DNA of 64,000 nucleotides from Mytilus trossulus (GCF_036588685.1 NC_086383.1:45074001-45138000); one strand, 5' to 3'; positions 52,001-64,000 are shown, counted from the first letter of the stretch. Numbers and translations: made by a program. The notes: generated by a model from the letters alone, not told the origin.

Positions 52001-55000
52001 AGATAATCCAATTAATGGGTTTTATGTTGTCACTTTGGGCTGTCACTCAGTAAGCTCATTTTCATTCCATTTATTTACATTTTGCAGAAAGAAGAAGCCT
52101 GAAAGCACTGACATCGTTCGCATACATGGTTTGCTGTTCAATGCTTTGCATATCAGGATTGGACATTATGACCGCAGAGACAGTTCGAAATAATTTTCAA
52201 TCCCTGTCTACAAATGAAAGAAGTCAGTTTATTCTGAATTGGCTACAAAGCCATTCTAGGTATATATTCATTACTGCACAATTTTCATCTCTCATCATGT
52301 TTATATTTCAATATAAGAAGATGTGAAATGATTGCCATTCAAAATATCAGCAATTACAATTAGGAGATAACTGTATTGTAATTTAAGCTCCGACGGCACC
52401 TACCGTCACTGATGAGTCTTTTGTAAATGAAATGCGCCTCTGGCATATATAAATTTTAGACCGTTGGTTTTCCCGTTTGAATGGTTTTACACTAGTAATT
52501 TTGGGGCCCTTTAAAGCTTGTTGTTCGGTGTGAGCCAAGGCTCTGTGTTGAAAGCCGTACATTGACCTATAATTTTTTAATTTTTTTTAAATTGTTATTT
52601 GGATGGAGAGTTGTCTCATTGGCACTCACACCAAATCTTCCTATATCTATTTATAATGACAAAAATATCTTTAACTTATGACAACATAAAAATGTAAATG
52701 AATACTGATTAAATAAAACATGTTCTTATTCTCTTTTAGGATCAATGAGCTTACTTGCAAGTATGAGTTCAAGTACCTGATAGGTACATCTTCAGTGTGT
52801 CTATCAGCCTTTCTACTGGTTCTTGGAATCCCCAAATCAACGTACTATAGTATTCAGAAAAAGTTTTATGGTAAATATATAATTGCATCACACAACTAAA
52901 ATTGAATATGCTTTCATTTTTCTGATTGCTAGCAGTTATATATTTAAGCCCACTTATGGTATTTCATCCATTCTAGGAACACATCTGTTTCACTGAGACA
53001 GAATTTTGTAGATTCAAACTTCTATTAAAGAAGAAGTGAAAAAAAAAATCCAAGCTGTCAACATAACAACAGTTTCAGAATCATAAACCCAAATTGTTTT
53101 AACAACATTAACCTTTCAAGTATTAAATACACACAGGTATTTTTTCTGGTAAAAAAAAATGTTATGTATGAACATATTTGAAGTTTCTTGTGTCTGGCTA
53201 CATGAGTAATATAATTCTTATCGTCCATTCCATTCAATTATAGATGGATCAGTTGTCATCAATAAAATTGGTAATCGTCTTGGTAGAATGAAAGCTTCTA
53301 GCCAAAGTGCAATGACATGGTTGCATATGTATGCAATCCAGTTTGGTGAGAAATTACCCAATCAGGAGAAAATACACCTACCACCATGTGTGACCAAAAA
53401 GTCTATTTACAGTGAGATGGTTGAATACCAACATGACAAAGGGGAACCAGAAGTTATTTCCATGTCACATTTTATGTTACTCTGGAGAACATGTTTGTGT
53501 CATATTGCCATCCCTAAGGTAACAAATCCATTTTGCCAAAAATAAAATATTGTTTGTTTCCCCAATTCCAACCGACCCAGCAAAATCGGTCCTACTCAAA
53601 CAAATTTATTGTCCAAACTTAGTCAAATATTATTTTATTCATTTCTGAATTTCAGGCTTACCAGATCAACCGGCTAAATTCCAGCTTTTAGGAAAAAATA
53701 AAATTATTTCCCTACCTACCTACCCACACCTGGCTTCGCAGGGTCAGCATTTGGGAAACAAACAATATATTAATTTAGGCCTAAATTAATGACCTGAATC
53801 ATTATTTGTATTTAATTCTTATAAAACTTGGAAATTGGGGAATACATCGACATTAAAAAAATGAAGTTATAAGTTTTAAAAGGCCAAATTGTTTATTGAA
53901 GTGATAACCTAGGAAAGAAAGTCTGAATTAGAAATCACAAACAAGTACATTTTTATGTTGATATACAAACAAAATCATAACAAGAATTAACATCCCATCA
54001 ACGACCTCATTTAACCCTGTGTGTCAGCAGCACTAATTTTGATGAAAAACTTGTTAAATAATAAGAATTTTTTTATTCTTGGATCATATATATTTTAAAA
54101 CTACCATATATCAAGGTTCAGAAAATAGAAATTGCCTTTGAACTGTAAATAAAGTTTTTTTTACGTTTCCATGTGATAGATGCAGACACCGTAGAGCCTT
54201 CAATAGTGAGCCTATTTACAGAGTTGATTTATTTTTCAGGTATCAAGATTTTCCAAATGCAATAAATGCATCAAAATAAAGACAAAACTTTCTTCAACAA
54301 GAAGCAAGACAAAAAAGCAAGAACTACAAAGAAGGAGAGAAAAACACTTAAAACAACAAAAGTTAGTGTTGTAAACTTTTCATTATTTCTTAATAATATT
54401 AAAATTTTCTCTTGAAATCTTTAAGTTATTTCATAGATAAGATGGTTCATTCTCTTTGGTAACATTTATGATTTATAAATCATGTACATATACTTGTTTT
54501 GTAAATATATAAACACACTTATTTCTCAGATCAAATGTTTCAATCAATTTTCAAACTGATTTCATTATAACAAGGCACTTAACCCTGGCTTTAATTTTAT
54601 TCATAACATAACTGGAATTATTTAGATTTAAAATCACTTCTTTCCAAATGTGAAAATAAGTTAATAATTGTCAAGAAACTTGCTGCTTTGAAGAAAAAAA
54701 ATTGATATATTACAATTTAATTGAACTTCAAAGTCGTTGTATGTTTAATATATTGATATAATGGTTTTTTTTGGTTTTTTTTATGATTACACAATATATT
54801 TTGCTATTATCAATTGAATTACTACACATGTGGACATTTACATATAAATGTCAATTACTTTAAATAGATTTTATCAAAAATCAATCAATTAGGATTACAA
54901 TTATCTCATCCCTTCTTCATTTCCTTTTATTTATTCTTTCAGCATGGAAAGAAGGAAATATTACAAGCATATTCAGAAAGCTAAAGAACAACCGGAAAAA

Positions 55001-58000
55001 TATTTATCTGTCATAATTGACTCAATGGACCAAAGCAAAACTCAGCTTCCACACTTCCTGTATAAATCAAAGTTTACAGGTAATATGTGGAAGCTGAGGG
55101 TCCACTTAATTGGGGTTTTGCTTCATGGAATAAGCACATATGGATTTTTTGACTTATTTGAATATCCTCACTCAGCAAATCTCACAATCTCAACATTGAT
55201 AAACATATTGGCAGGTTTGGAAGACATCCCACCTGTCCTTTACCTGCAAATGGACAATTGTTACAGGGAAAATAAGAACAGGTTATTTACTTTTATTTAA
55301 CTCTATGACCATTGATTGAAAGAATGTTACAATATAACAAAATTTAAGAAAACAATACATAAAAAATCCTGAAATTTGTGCTTTGTGAATTTTATTCATG
55401 AAATCTTCAATGAAATTTATCAATTTAAAGTTTGAAAATATGATCTGTCATTGAAAAAGCACTTTTTAAAATACAGAAATGCTCAATAAAAAAATGCAAC
55501 TTGTATTTTTAATTAAAAAGAGATAATGAACCTATCGGAAGATATTTTGTTGAGTTCAAATACTGTTCGATGTAGGAATTTATTTCTTATGTTTATTGAT
55601 ATCAAATATATGTATTACAGATTTGTCTTTGGATTCCTTTCATTGTTAGTGGAGCTGGGTGTATTTAAAAAAGTTAAAGTGTCATTCCTTATGGTAGGAC
55701 ATACACATGAAGACGTTGACCAGGTATTTTCAAGGTACGTAATATATAACATAATGCTAAAATTACCTTTTTGCTATCCTTGACCAGCAAAGTAAGACCT
55801 ACAAATAAGTTAACATGACCAAAATGTCAGTCAACCCCTTAAGGAGTTATTGCCCTTTATAGTCAAATTTTATCAACTTTTCTTCTTTTTTTGTAACTTG
55901 AACAAAAATCTTCTTCTCTGAAACTGCATGGCCAAATTTAACAAAACTTTGCCACAATTATCATAGTGGTATATAGTTTAAAAGATGTGTTCCATGACCC
56001 TGCCTACCAAACAAAATGGCTGACATGATTAAAATTAGAACATAGTGGTAAAATGCAGTTTTTGATTTATATCTTTGAAACTAAGACATTTAGGGCAAAA
56101 CTTTCAAGATTTAAATGTCCATCAGAATAAGATCTATCCCCTCACAAATGATGAATCTGACAACTTGTTGTTGGGTTGCTGCCCTAAAATTGGTAATTTT
56201 TAGGAAATTTTGCAGTTTTTGGTTCATATCTTGAATACTTTTAAAGATAAGATAAGCTGTAAACAGCAATAACGTTAGCAAAGTAAGATATACAAATAAG
56301 TCAGCATGATCAAAATTGTTAGAGGACCCCTTAAGGAGTTATTGCCCTTTATAGTCAACACCTTTTCTTCATTTTTGTAACTTGTACTAAATCTTCTTTT
56401 CTATAACTATGGGCCAAATTTACCCAAACTTGGCCACAATTATTACTAGGGTATCTATTTAAAAAAGTGTTAAATGACCCCACCTACCAACCATGATGAC
56501 TGACATCAGTAAATACAAGTGAGCAACACAGGCTCTTGAGAGCCTCCACTGGACGTTAAGCAACCAACAATCAATCAATCATTCTAATGCAACAAAGTTT
56601 GTAACGTTCATTTTGATTGGATAACGTCACTTTCTTACATGGCATCAATTGACAATTGATGCTATGGGACGTACGCGCAAGCGCAGACGGCATATGACAG
56701 ATTTTAAATACATGTTTTAACGTTGTTTTCTCTCAGTTTCATTAGAATGGAGATAACAATATTGTATTTTAAGCTCCGACGGCATCAATTTGGGATTTGA
56801 TGGTCGCAAATACCCGTTTACTGTCTCCGCTAACGCGTCGCCAGTAAACTTAATTTGCGACCATCAAATCCCCAATTGATGCCGTCGGAGCTTAAAATAC
56901 AATACAGTTATCTCCTAAATCTTGAGAGCCTCTAGTTAAGATTAGAATATGAAAAGTAAATAAAGGCACTACAGACACCAAGTGATGGCAATAACTCACA
57001 CAAACCTTTAAGGCTAAGGTCAGAAAACACAAATGTTAACTGTTTTACACATGTCTGTCATTCTGTCCATCTGTTTTATGAATACTTTGACACATTTTTC
57101 TGAGCAACTGAATAATAAGCTTTTCTAAAATTTGATATCAATGTTTATATGAGTGAGCTAGACTGTAATGCTTTTTTCAGATTGACTAAACAGCAACTTC
57201 CTGTTTAACAAACACTAAAAATTTCTACACATGACCAAAAAAAAAGTGAACTATGTTCTGATGTATGGTTGCCGTGTTTTCTTCATGCTACAATTCTGTC
57301 TTAATTTAATTGCAGATTTTCTTCCTGGTTGGCAAGACAGGCAGTTCTTACATTGCCCAAACTTATGAGAGCTTTTGAGTCATGCACTACTCCAAATCCA
57401 GTGTCAGTTCAAACATCAAAAGTGTGGGATATAGCTGGCTGGATATCTCAGTATCTGAACAAAATGTGTAACCATTCATACCCCCACATATTTAAGATAA
57501 TCAAGAAAGATGAGAAAACAAGACTGTTTTACAAAAAATGGTCAACTGACAAGGTATAATTAAATACTTTCAAATACTAACAAATTATGTAATAAATGAA
57601 TTAGTTATTTATTTTGTTTGAATGTTATGAATCAGTTATTTATTTTGTTTGAATGTAATGATTTGATTTAAAGTACTTGGAATCCATCAGTGTAGAATCT
57701 TTTGCTGTTTGTCAACCACAGCATTTTCATTTCAACATGTATCCTCAGTGATGGAGGATCCAAGACTTGAAAAGGGGTGCCCACTACTTTTATTTATCCT
57801 GTAAGCAGTAAGGGGAATAAATAGGGGCATCCCGTACAAACTTTGTATAACACTGTTTATGAACTTTTAGAAAATACACTTTCATCATTCTATTTATTTG
57901 GACCAACATATGTGAAAGATCTGTAATATTTAAAAATATTCTGTCAAGACAGAATGCCTTAATTTTCAGGAAACCTGGAGCACTTTTAATCTTATAATTG

Positions 58001-59099
58001 TAGAAGTTACATGTCAATACATTCAGTAATTTAAAAACGTCTGCTTCCTTATTAGCTCACCTGGCCTAAAAGGCCATGTGAGCTTTTCTCATCACTTGGC
58101 GTCCGTCGTCGTCGTTAACAATTTTTCAAACATCTTCTCCTCTGAAACTTAGCATGATTGTTCCTTAGTATATTCTGCACAAAGCATGCAAAGTGTGTGC
58201 TTGGATTTTTGATCCGTCAAAAAACATGGCCGCCGTTACTTAAAATAGAACATAGGGGTCAAATGCAGTTTTTGGCCTATATCTTAAAAACGAAAGCATT
58301 TAGAGCAAATCTTACATGAAGTAAAAATGTTCATTAGGTCAATATCTATCAGCCCTGAAATTTTCAGATGAATCAAACAACCCATTGTTGGGTTGCTGCC
58401 ACTTAATTGGTAATTTTAAGGAAATGTTGCAGTTTTTGGTCATTATCTTGAATATTATTATAGATAAAGATAAACTGTAAACAGCAAAAATTATCAGCAA
58501 AGTAAGATCTACAAAAAGTCAGCATGACCAAAATTGTCAATTGACCCCTTAAGGGGTTATTGTCCTTTAATGACAATTTTTCACAATTTATTCATCATAT
58601 TTGCTACCTTTAAAAAATCTTCTCCTCTAAAACTACTCAACCAAATTCAACCAAACTTCAACTGAATGATCAGTAGGGTGTATAAAATAAAATTTGTGCT
58701 TCAAAGAACATTTAAATTAATTGAAAAGCCAAAATAATCATTGATGAGAGATTTAACCAAAAAAAATCAGGTGAACGATTCAGGCTCTTGAGAGCCTCTT
58801 GTATTATGGTAACTGTCATCCAATCAGAACCCTTGATACACAAATTGCTTTAAAATTATTTACATACTGTAACAAAATGTGGTTAAAAATGTCAAATATA
58901 TTTCAGACTTGGCAAGAACCAGAGGAGCAGCTTCTACTTAGTGTTCCCACAGACTCTCCAAAAATAATAATTCCTGACTACAACAAAATAGACCTGGCCA
59001 AGCTAAAAAACGATATCACTGGTTCATTTTCATATTTCAAGAGAGAGGAAGATAAAAAGTGGTGGACTGATTTTTTCACAGATCTTTCTAGTAATAATG
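46080..59099 (+). CDS. Spliced DDD/E transposase-like protein (DUF7869 / Sola1-like), at least 13 exons and 650 aa, 3' incomplete
   Basis: Exons 46080-46125 (MADSDDYF..), 48571-48645, 49879-49953, 50980-51057, 51383-51475 (AT-hook-like RKRGRP), 52088-52259 (CCSMLC), 52740-52870 (VCLSAF...GIPKSTYY), 53244-53518, 54240-54361 (FSKCNKC...H), 54943-55281 (IIDSMDQSK ... LYLQMDNCYRENKNR), 55621-55734 (SFLMVGHTHEDVDQVFSR), 57316-57553, 58907-59099. All phases are consistent with no stop over 1951 nt, and the candidate acidic triad is intact. Confidence 0.88.
56749..56915. repeat. Long hairpin (about 167 bp) ending a short non-autonomous element; same architecture at 25389-25557, 36857-36944, 38746-38889 and 41672-41830
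   Basis: GGAGATAAC..ATTGTATTTTAAGCTCCGACGGCATCAATT / AATTGATGCCGTCGGAGCTTAAAATACAAT..GTTATCTCC. Confidence 0.85.
58048..58802 (+). mobile_element. HINE-type element (related partial copy at about 55780-56550)
   Basis: TTAGCTCACCTGGCC...(CGT)n...CAGGTGAACGATTCAGGCTCTTGAGAGCCTCTTGT; shares internal sequence with 55780-56550. Confidence 0.7.
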
Positions 59100-59596
59100 G
59101 TCAGTACCAATTTAAGTTTATTTGATTAATTAACAACAAAAAAAGTTATTTCTTTATAAATATTCAAAATTTAGAAAAATCCTACAGACAAAATAAAATT
59201 TTCATTAGGGCCAAAATGTATGATGTATTCCTTCAATACTACTATATGCTCTCCCAACGTGGCAGGTATTTATATTTATACTGTGGGTTTTTCCTTGTGC
59301 AAATACAGTGGTTAAACGAAACTATCTGCCAAAAAAAGTATCATGTAGCAGAGATTTTAAGATTGTAAACATGTGCTACAACACAACTCAGCATTATCAA
59401 GCCTTAATGATATATAAAATTATAAATTTTTCCATGTTAGATTGTTAATATCCTTTGATGTCAGCTCCCGTTAGATTTTAATAAATTTTTCAGTAATTTT
59501 TCTTTTTCATAAAAAAAAGGGGGGATTTTTCAGTTTGCGACAATAATTGAAAAATGCTTTCAGCAATTCTCAAGAATTGTTTGTGAATTGTTTATA

Positions 59597-59598
<2 letters not shown>

Positions 59599-59631
<33 letters not shown>

Positions 59632-62600
59632 TTGTTTTTCAGTAGTCAGGCTTTTACAATCCCTTTACATCACCACCTGACTATGGTGTTAAGAGGTTTG
59701 ATATATATATATACAACAAAAAATTGACTACATTTTTTTCTTCTAATGTGAATATATATTATTTAAATATTAACATTATAATAAAAAGTGGAAAAGAAAC
59801 AATCACACACACATACACACACTCTCGCACTTGCATTAACATAACATAAATCAACTTGTGTATTGCAAAGAAAAATGTTATCTTTGTAAAGATCTGCTCT
59901 TTATGAACTGTAAGTTTCATTTTTTATTTTATATGATTTGAATCAAAAGTAATGGTGACTAATCAGTAAAAATGTAATCTAATGGGGCCCAGAATTTTTG
60001 AAAATAAGGTGTGGTACCATTTTTCTTTGCTATATAATGTTCATTTTCCTGATATTTTCTTATTTTTGCTAATAACCCTATAATACTTGGTTTCTTTTCA
60101 TACAATTTACATTTGTATATATAGTTCTTTGCAATAATAATAATCAAATTCAACAGTAAACTCTCATTTTGAAGACCAAGAAAAATGTGCTTCTTAGATA
60201 ATGTAAAGTTCACAAAATATCTTTTCAGTTTTTGTGAAAAAGTTTGCCATATAAAATGTGTTATTGGACATTCATAGAATAAATGCTCCATGGTTTCATC
60301 AGAAACCTTACAAAAAGTACAAAGCTTTGAATCTTTAAGTTTAACTTTATATAAGAAAGTGTTAGTTGCAATTATTCTATGTAAAAATTTATATTGAAAA
60401 GTTCTTAAATAAGTGTCTTTACATGATTTTCTTAAAATAACATAATATTCTGACCAATCTGCAATTTCAATACCTAGTGATTCCTCCCATTGTAAGAACT
60501 TTTCTGTTGGCAGTTGCACATTTCTGTCAACAAGATCTTTGTATACAAACTTTGCCTTTTTGTTACACAATAATCTTTCCAAAAAAATATCAATACAGTT
60601 AAAAGTTTCAAAATTTACATGAGCAATCTTTTCTTTAATATATTCTCTCATATACTTTGGAATGTTAGCAATGAGACCATAATACTTTAAAAAATTATTT
60701 GTTTGAAGTCTTGGTCCTATCTTATCAAAATTACAAAAGTCCTTAGTCTCTAAGTTAATAAGGTCAAACAAAGACTGCACTCCCCTTCTATGCCACTGAA
60801 TAAAATACGGAAAATCTACTAGAGGTGCGAAATTTAAAATATCTAATGACAAAATATCTTGAACAGAAATATTGGTAGCAGGCTTTGCTACATGAAAGCT
60901 AAAAAAAACATCCTTCCAAAAAGGATTGCTAAGACTATCAGAGATTTCTCTGAGTTTCTCCTTTTGAAAATGCAATACCCTTTCTCCACCATACTGTTCA
61001 AGGTTTTTTAATAATAATGATTGCCAACTACCATATAAATTGGATGAAAACCTCTTTATCCAGCCAATCTTAAGGTATATATTAAAATAATGTATATTAA
61101 TCATATTTAAACCTCCTTGTGGAATATCTCCGATTAAAGTACTTCGTCTAATTCGATCAGGTTTTCCATTCCATATGAATTGAAAGAATAAAGTATTCAA
61201 CTCATTTAATTTTGATTCTGGCAAGTTGGGTAGTGCAGTCAACAGGTGAATTAATTTTGGAAGTGCCAAAGTCTTGATAACAGTAATCTTTCCCATTAGG
61301 GTTAATTTTCTATGTTGCCAACTCTTAAGAATGCCTGACACTTCCTTTATCTTTTTGGAGAAATTAATTTCTGGCATACTATCAAGATCTAAAGAGAATT
61401 CAATTCCCAAAAGTTTAAAATTTGAATAGCACCACTGAAGTTTTAAATCAGGACAGAGAATCAGATCTGAATACTTTTTATTCCCAACCCACACAGCTTT
61501 AGTTTTAGAAGAATTAATTTTTAACCCAGATACTTTTTGGAATGAGTCGAAACAATTTAAAGTCTCCCTCAAAGATGTTTCAGTTCCATCCAAAACAAGG
61601 AAAGTGTCATCAGCATATTGACTCAAAAGGGATTCATTTTCATGAACAAAAGTTCCCTTTATTTTGGGGTTTGACCTTATTTTCATAGAAAGTAACTCAA
61701 CACCTATAATAAAAAGATAAGGGGAGAGGGGGTCACCTTGTCTACAGCTTCTCTCCAAATTAAAGAAGCTTGAAAGATGGCCATTATTTATAACACAACT
61801 TGATGCTTTCAAATAAAATACTTCAAACCATCTGCATATAGATGGCCCAAAATTGAAACTCTTCAATGCTTTTTTCAAAAAAGACCATTCAATAGAGTCA
61901 AAAGCCTTTTCAAAATCTACTAGTAGTAAAAGACCAGTTTTGTTATGCTTTTCCAAATAGTGCATCAAATCATACAATAGACGTGTATTCTCACCCATAA
62001 ATCTATCTTTAATAAAGCCTTTCTGACAGTCACTGATAATAGATGGTAAAACAGGTTTTATTCTATTAGCAATAACGGCAGAAGCAATCTTGGTGTCAGT
62101 ATTCATAAGGCTAATTGGGCGCCAATTAGCTAGATAACGTCTATCTTTATCTTCTTTTGGAATACAGGTAATGACACTTTGATACTGAAATTTAGAAAAT
62201 TCCCCATTTTCATAGCCAAAATATAATGATCTAAAAAGAAAAGGTCCAATATCTCGCCAAAAGACTTTGTAAAATTCTACAGTATACCCATCTGAGCCTG
62301 GACTCTTTCCATTTGACATAGATTTTAGAGATTCTGCACATTCTTTAAAAGAAATATTACCCTCACACAAATCCTTCTCTTCTTCTGTGAGTTTAACATT
62401 GTGCTTGAAAAAGGAATCATCATCACATTCCAGATTTTTACTTGAGTATAATGTTTTATAAAAATTCATTTCTTCTTGTAAAACTCTAGATTGATCTGAT
62501 ATATGTTTTCCATTTTCATCTATGAGCTCAGTTATCGTTTTTTTAATAAAATTTTTCTTTTCCAATTTACAAAAAAACTCTGAACACTTTTCCCCATTCT

Positions 62601-64000
62601 CTTGCCAGTTAGCGTGGGATCTTAAAAAAACACCTTCAATTTTTCTTTCTCTTATATTTTCTAATTCTAACTTTTTCTGGTTTAAAGCTGCATGAATTTG
62701 ACCATCAGGAGATATGTTCATATGATTTTCCAAACTTTGAATGTCATTTTCCAGTAAAAGTGTTGCAGCTTTTTCCTCTCTAGCTTTTTGAATACTGTAA
62801 CCAATAGACAAAGATCTAATTTTCATTTTTATCAACTCAAAAAATACTTGATCATTGCATGAGAGTTTAACATTTAACAGATCATCTATGTTGCCTGATT
62901 CATAATATTCTAAAATACTCTCATTTATACATGTTTTAACTTTTTTGATATAGTCTAAATCTCGCAACAGTTGGGAGTTAAATTTCCAATATCCCTTTCC
63001 CCGCTTTGCTAAACTGGCAGAAAAGGTGAAAGTTATAGCTGAATGATCTGTCTTATACCCAGGAATAATGTTAGTATTTTTCATGAGTGAAAACAGATCC
63101 TCTGTGACTAGAAAAAAATCAAGCCGACTTTGTTTTATGGGTGAGCATTGACGCCATGTATATTTTCTATCGTTTGGATAACAGGTCCGCCAAGGATCTA
63201 ATAACTCAAGACTTTCTACTATTTCTTCAATCTTTTTTCGTGAGTTTGGGTTTCTATTATGAATAATATTGTAAGTGTCTATGTTTGTATCTTGTACAAC
63301 ATTCCAGTCCCCACATAATAAAAAGCTAGTATTTGAAAATGATGCCATTTTCTTATAAATGTCATTAAAAACTGAAGGTTCATCAGTATTAAATCCATAC
63401 AAACAAACAAAAGTAATGCGTTGACTTGACAAGGATAAATCTAAGATAATATAACGACCATCTATATCAATAATAGAATTATGCACTTCAAAATCAAGAC
63501 CTAATTTGAACATAATACTGACACCTGCACTTTTGTTACTATGATGACTGAAAAAACATGTATTTCCCCATTCCTCTTCCCATTTTTTTTCAATATCTTT
63601 ATTACTATGGGTTTCTTGAAAGCAAATTACTGAAGCATTTTTGCCCTTCGCCCAATCAAAAACATCTGTTCTCTTTTTTGAATTAGAAAAAAGACCCCTT
63701 ACATTCATAGACAACACTGTTACAATATTATCCATTATCATATAAAACAAAACAATATTTCAAACTTGAGCAGATAAATTCTAACTTAAAAACCAATACA
63801 CAATCATAGTTTATACAATCATACACACATTCAACAATAAGATGACACTTTGGCATAGATACCTGTAAAGTCATTTTTGTACAACAAAATTTCATTTACA
63901 GTATGGCATTTAATTATTTACAATATAAAGATAGTTGTTTTCTAAAGACAATGTATTAATTAGTATATATATTTAGTTGAGAGATTCATGATAAGTAAAA
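59599..64000 (-). mobile_element. L1/Tx1-clade non-LTR retrotransposon with poly(A) tail; 5' part outside the window
   Basis: Poly-T at 59599-59629 on plus, 3' UTR 59630-59958, complete ORF2, AT-rich spacer upstream of ORF2. Confidence 0.93.
59959..63750 (-). CDS. L1-Tx1 ORF2: APE endonuclease, reverse transcriptase and C-terminal zinc finger, 1263 aa
   Basis: NVRGL, QETH, GDWN, SRLDFF, TDH (APE); KSPGSDG, WRPISL, LLVDFEKAFDS, RQGDPLSP, QYADD (RT); CTFC...ETMEHLFYECP. Confidence 0.97.
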   Translation of the reverse strand: MFYMIMDNIVTVLSMNVRGLFSNSKKRTDVFDWAKGKNASVICFQETHSNKDIEKKWEEEWGNTCFFSHHSNKSAGVSIMFKLGLDFEVHNSIIDIDGRYIILDLSLSSQRITFVCLYGFNTDEPSVFNDIYKKMASFSNTSFLLCGDWNVVQDTNIDTYNIIHNRNPNSRKKIEEIVESLELLDPWRTCYPNDRKYTWRQCSPIKQSRLDFFLVTEDLFSLMKNTNIIPGYKTDHSAITFTFSASLAKRGKGYWKFNSQLLRDLDYIKKVKTCINESILEYYESGNIDDLLNVKLSCNDQVFFELIKMKIRSLSIGYSIQKAREEKAATLLLENDIQSLENHMNISPDGQIHAALNQKKLELENIRERKIEGVFLRSHANWQENGEKCSEFFCKLEKKNFIKKTITELIDENGKHISDQSRVLQEEMNFYKTLYSSKNLECDDDSFFKHNVKLTEEEKDLCEGNISFKECAESLKSMSNGKSPGSDGYTVEFYKVFWRDIGPFLFRSLYFGYENGEFSKFQYQSVITCIPKEDKDRRYLANWRPISLMNTDTKIASAVIANRIKPVLPSIISDCQKGFIKDRFMGENTRLLYDLMHYLEKHNKTGLLLLVDFEKAFDSIEWSFLKKALKSFNFGPSICRWFEVFYLKASSCVINNGHLSSFFNLERSCRQGDPLSPYLFIIGVELLSMKIRSNPKIKGTFVHENESLLSQYADDTFLVLDGTETSLRETLNCFDSFQKVSGLKINSSKTKAVWVGNKKYSDLILCPDLKLQWCYSNFKLLGIEFSLDLDSMPEINFSKKIKEVSGILKSWQHRKLTLMGKITVIKTLALPKLIHLLTALPNLPESKLNELNTLFFQFIWNGKPDRIRRSTLIGDIPQGGLNMINIHYFNIYLKIGWIKRFSSNLYGSWQSLLLKNLEQYGGERVLHFQKEKLREISDSLSNPFWKDVFFSFHVAKPATNISVQDILSLDILNFAPLVDFPYFIQWHRRGVQSLFDLINLETKDFCNFDKIGPRLQTNNFLKYYGLIANIPKYMREYIKEKIAHVNFETFNCIDIFLERLLCNKKAKFVYKDLVDRNVQLPTEKFLQWEESLGIEIADWSEYYVILRKSCKDTYLRTFQYKFLHRIIATNTFLYKVKLKDSKLCTFCKVSDETMEHLFYECPITHFIWQTFSQKLKRYFVNFTLSKKHIFLGLQNESLLLNLIIIIAKNYIYKCKLYEKKPSIIGLLAKIRKYQENEHYIAKKNGTTPYFQKFWAPLDYIFTD

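Larger units (their letters stand above)
30731..64000. mobile_element. Putative giant two-gene DNA transposon nested downstream of MCM3 exon 11; boundaries uncertain
   Basis: Transposase plus divergent ParB-like gene plus a palindromic tandem array at the left side. No MCM3 exon was found in the interval. The right end is not in the window. Confidence 0.55.

Overview
AT-rich, intron-rich animal genomic DNA. The repeat families and the B-box/NHL gene suggest a bivalve, probably Mytilus-like (inference). Manual splice-phase assembly gives two host genes arranged head-to-head on a 200-bp promoter: TSEN34 on the minus strand (4 exons seen) and MCM3 on the plus strand (11 exons, ending at Walker A). 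The 14.5-kb third intron of TSEN34 holds an antisense intronless B-box/coiled-coil/beta-propeller gene and nested Mutator/LINE relics. After MCM3 exon 11 I found no further MCM3 exon in 33 kb. That stretch instead holds, in order: (i) an array of about 19 x 36-bp units, each with a 15-bp palindrome; (ii) a tandem amplification of the 3' end of a gene; (iii) that gene itself, an 8-exon minus-strand gene for a ParB/sulfiredoxin-like protein; (iv) divergently transcribed from it across 312 bp, a DUF7869/Sola1-like DDD/E transposase gene of at least 13 exons with an unbroken frame, whose last visible intron carries an L1-Tx1 element with an intact ORF2. The best reading is a giant (over 28-33 kb), spliced, two-gene DNA transposon nested in an MCM3 intron. 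Its right end lies outside the window, so TIR and TSD cannot be confirmed. No database searches were run; family assignments come from motif recognition.
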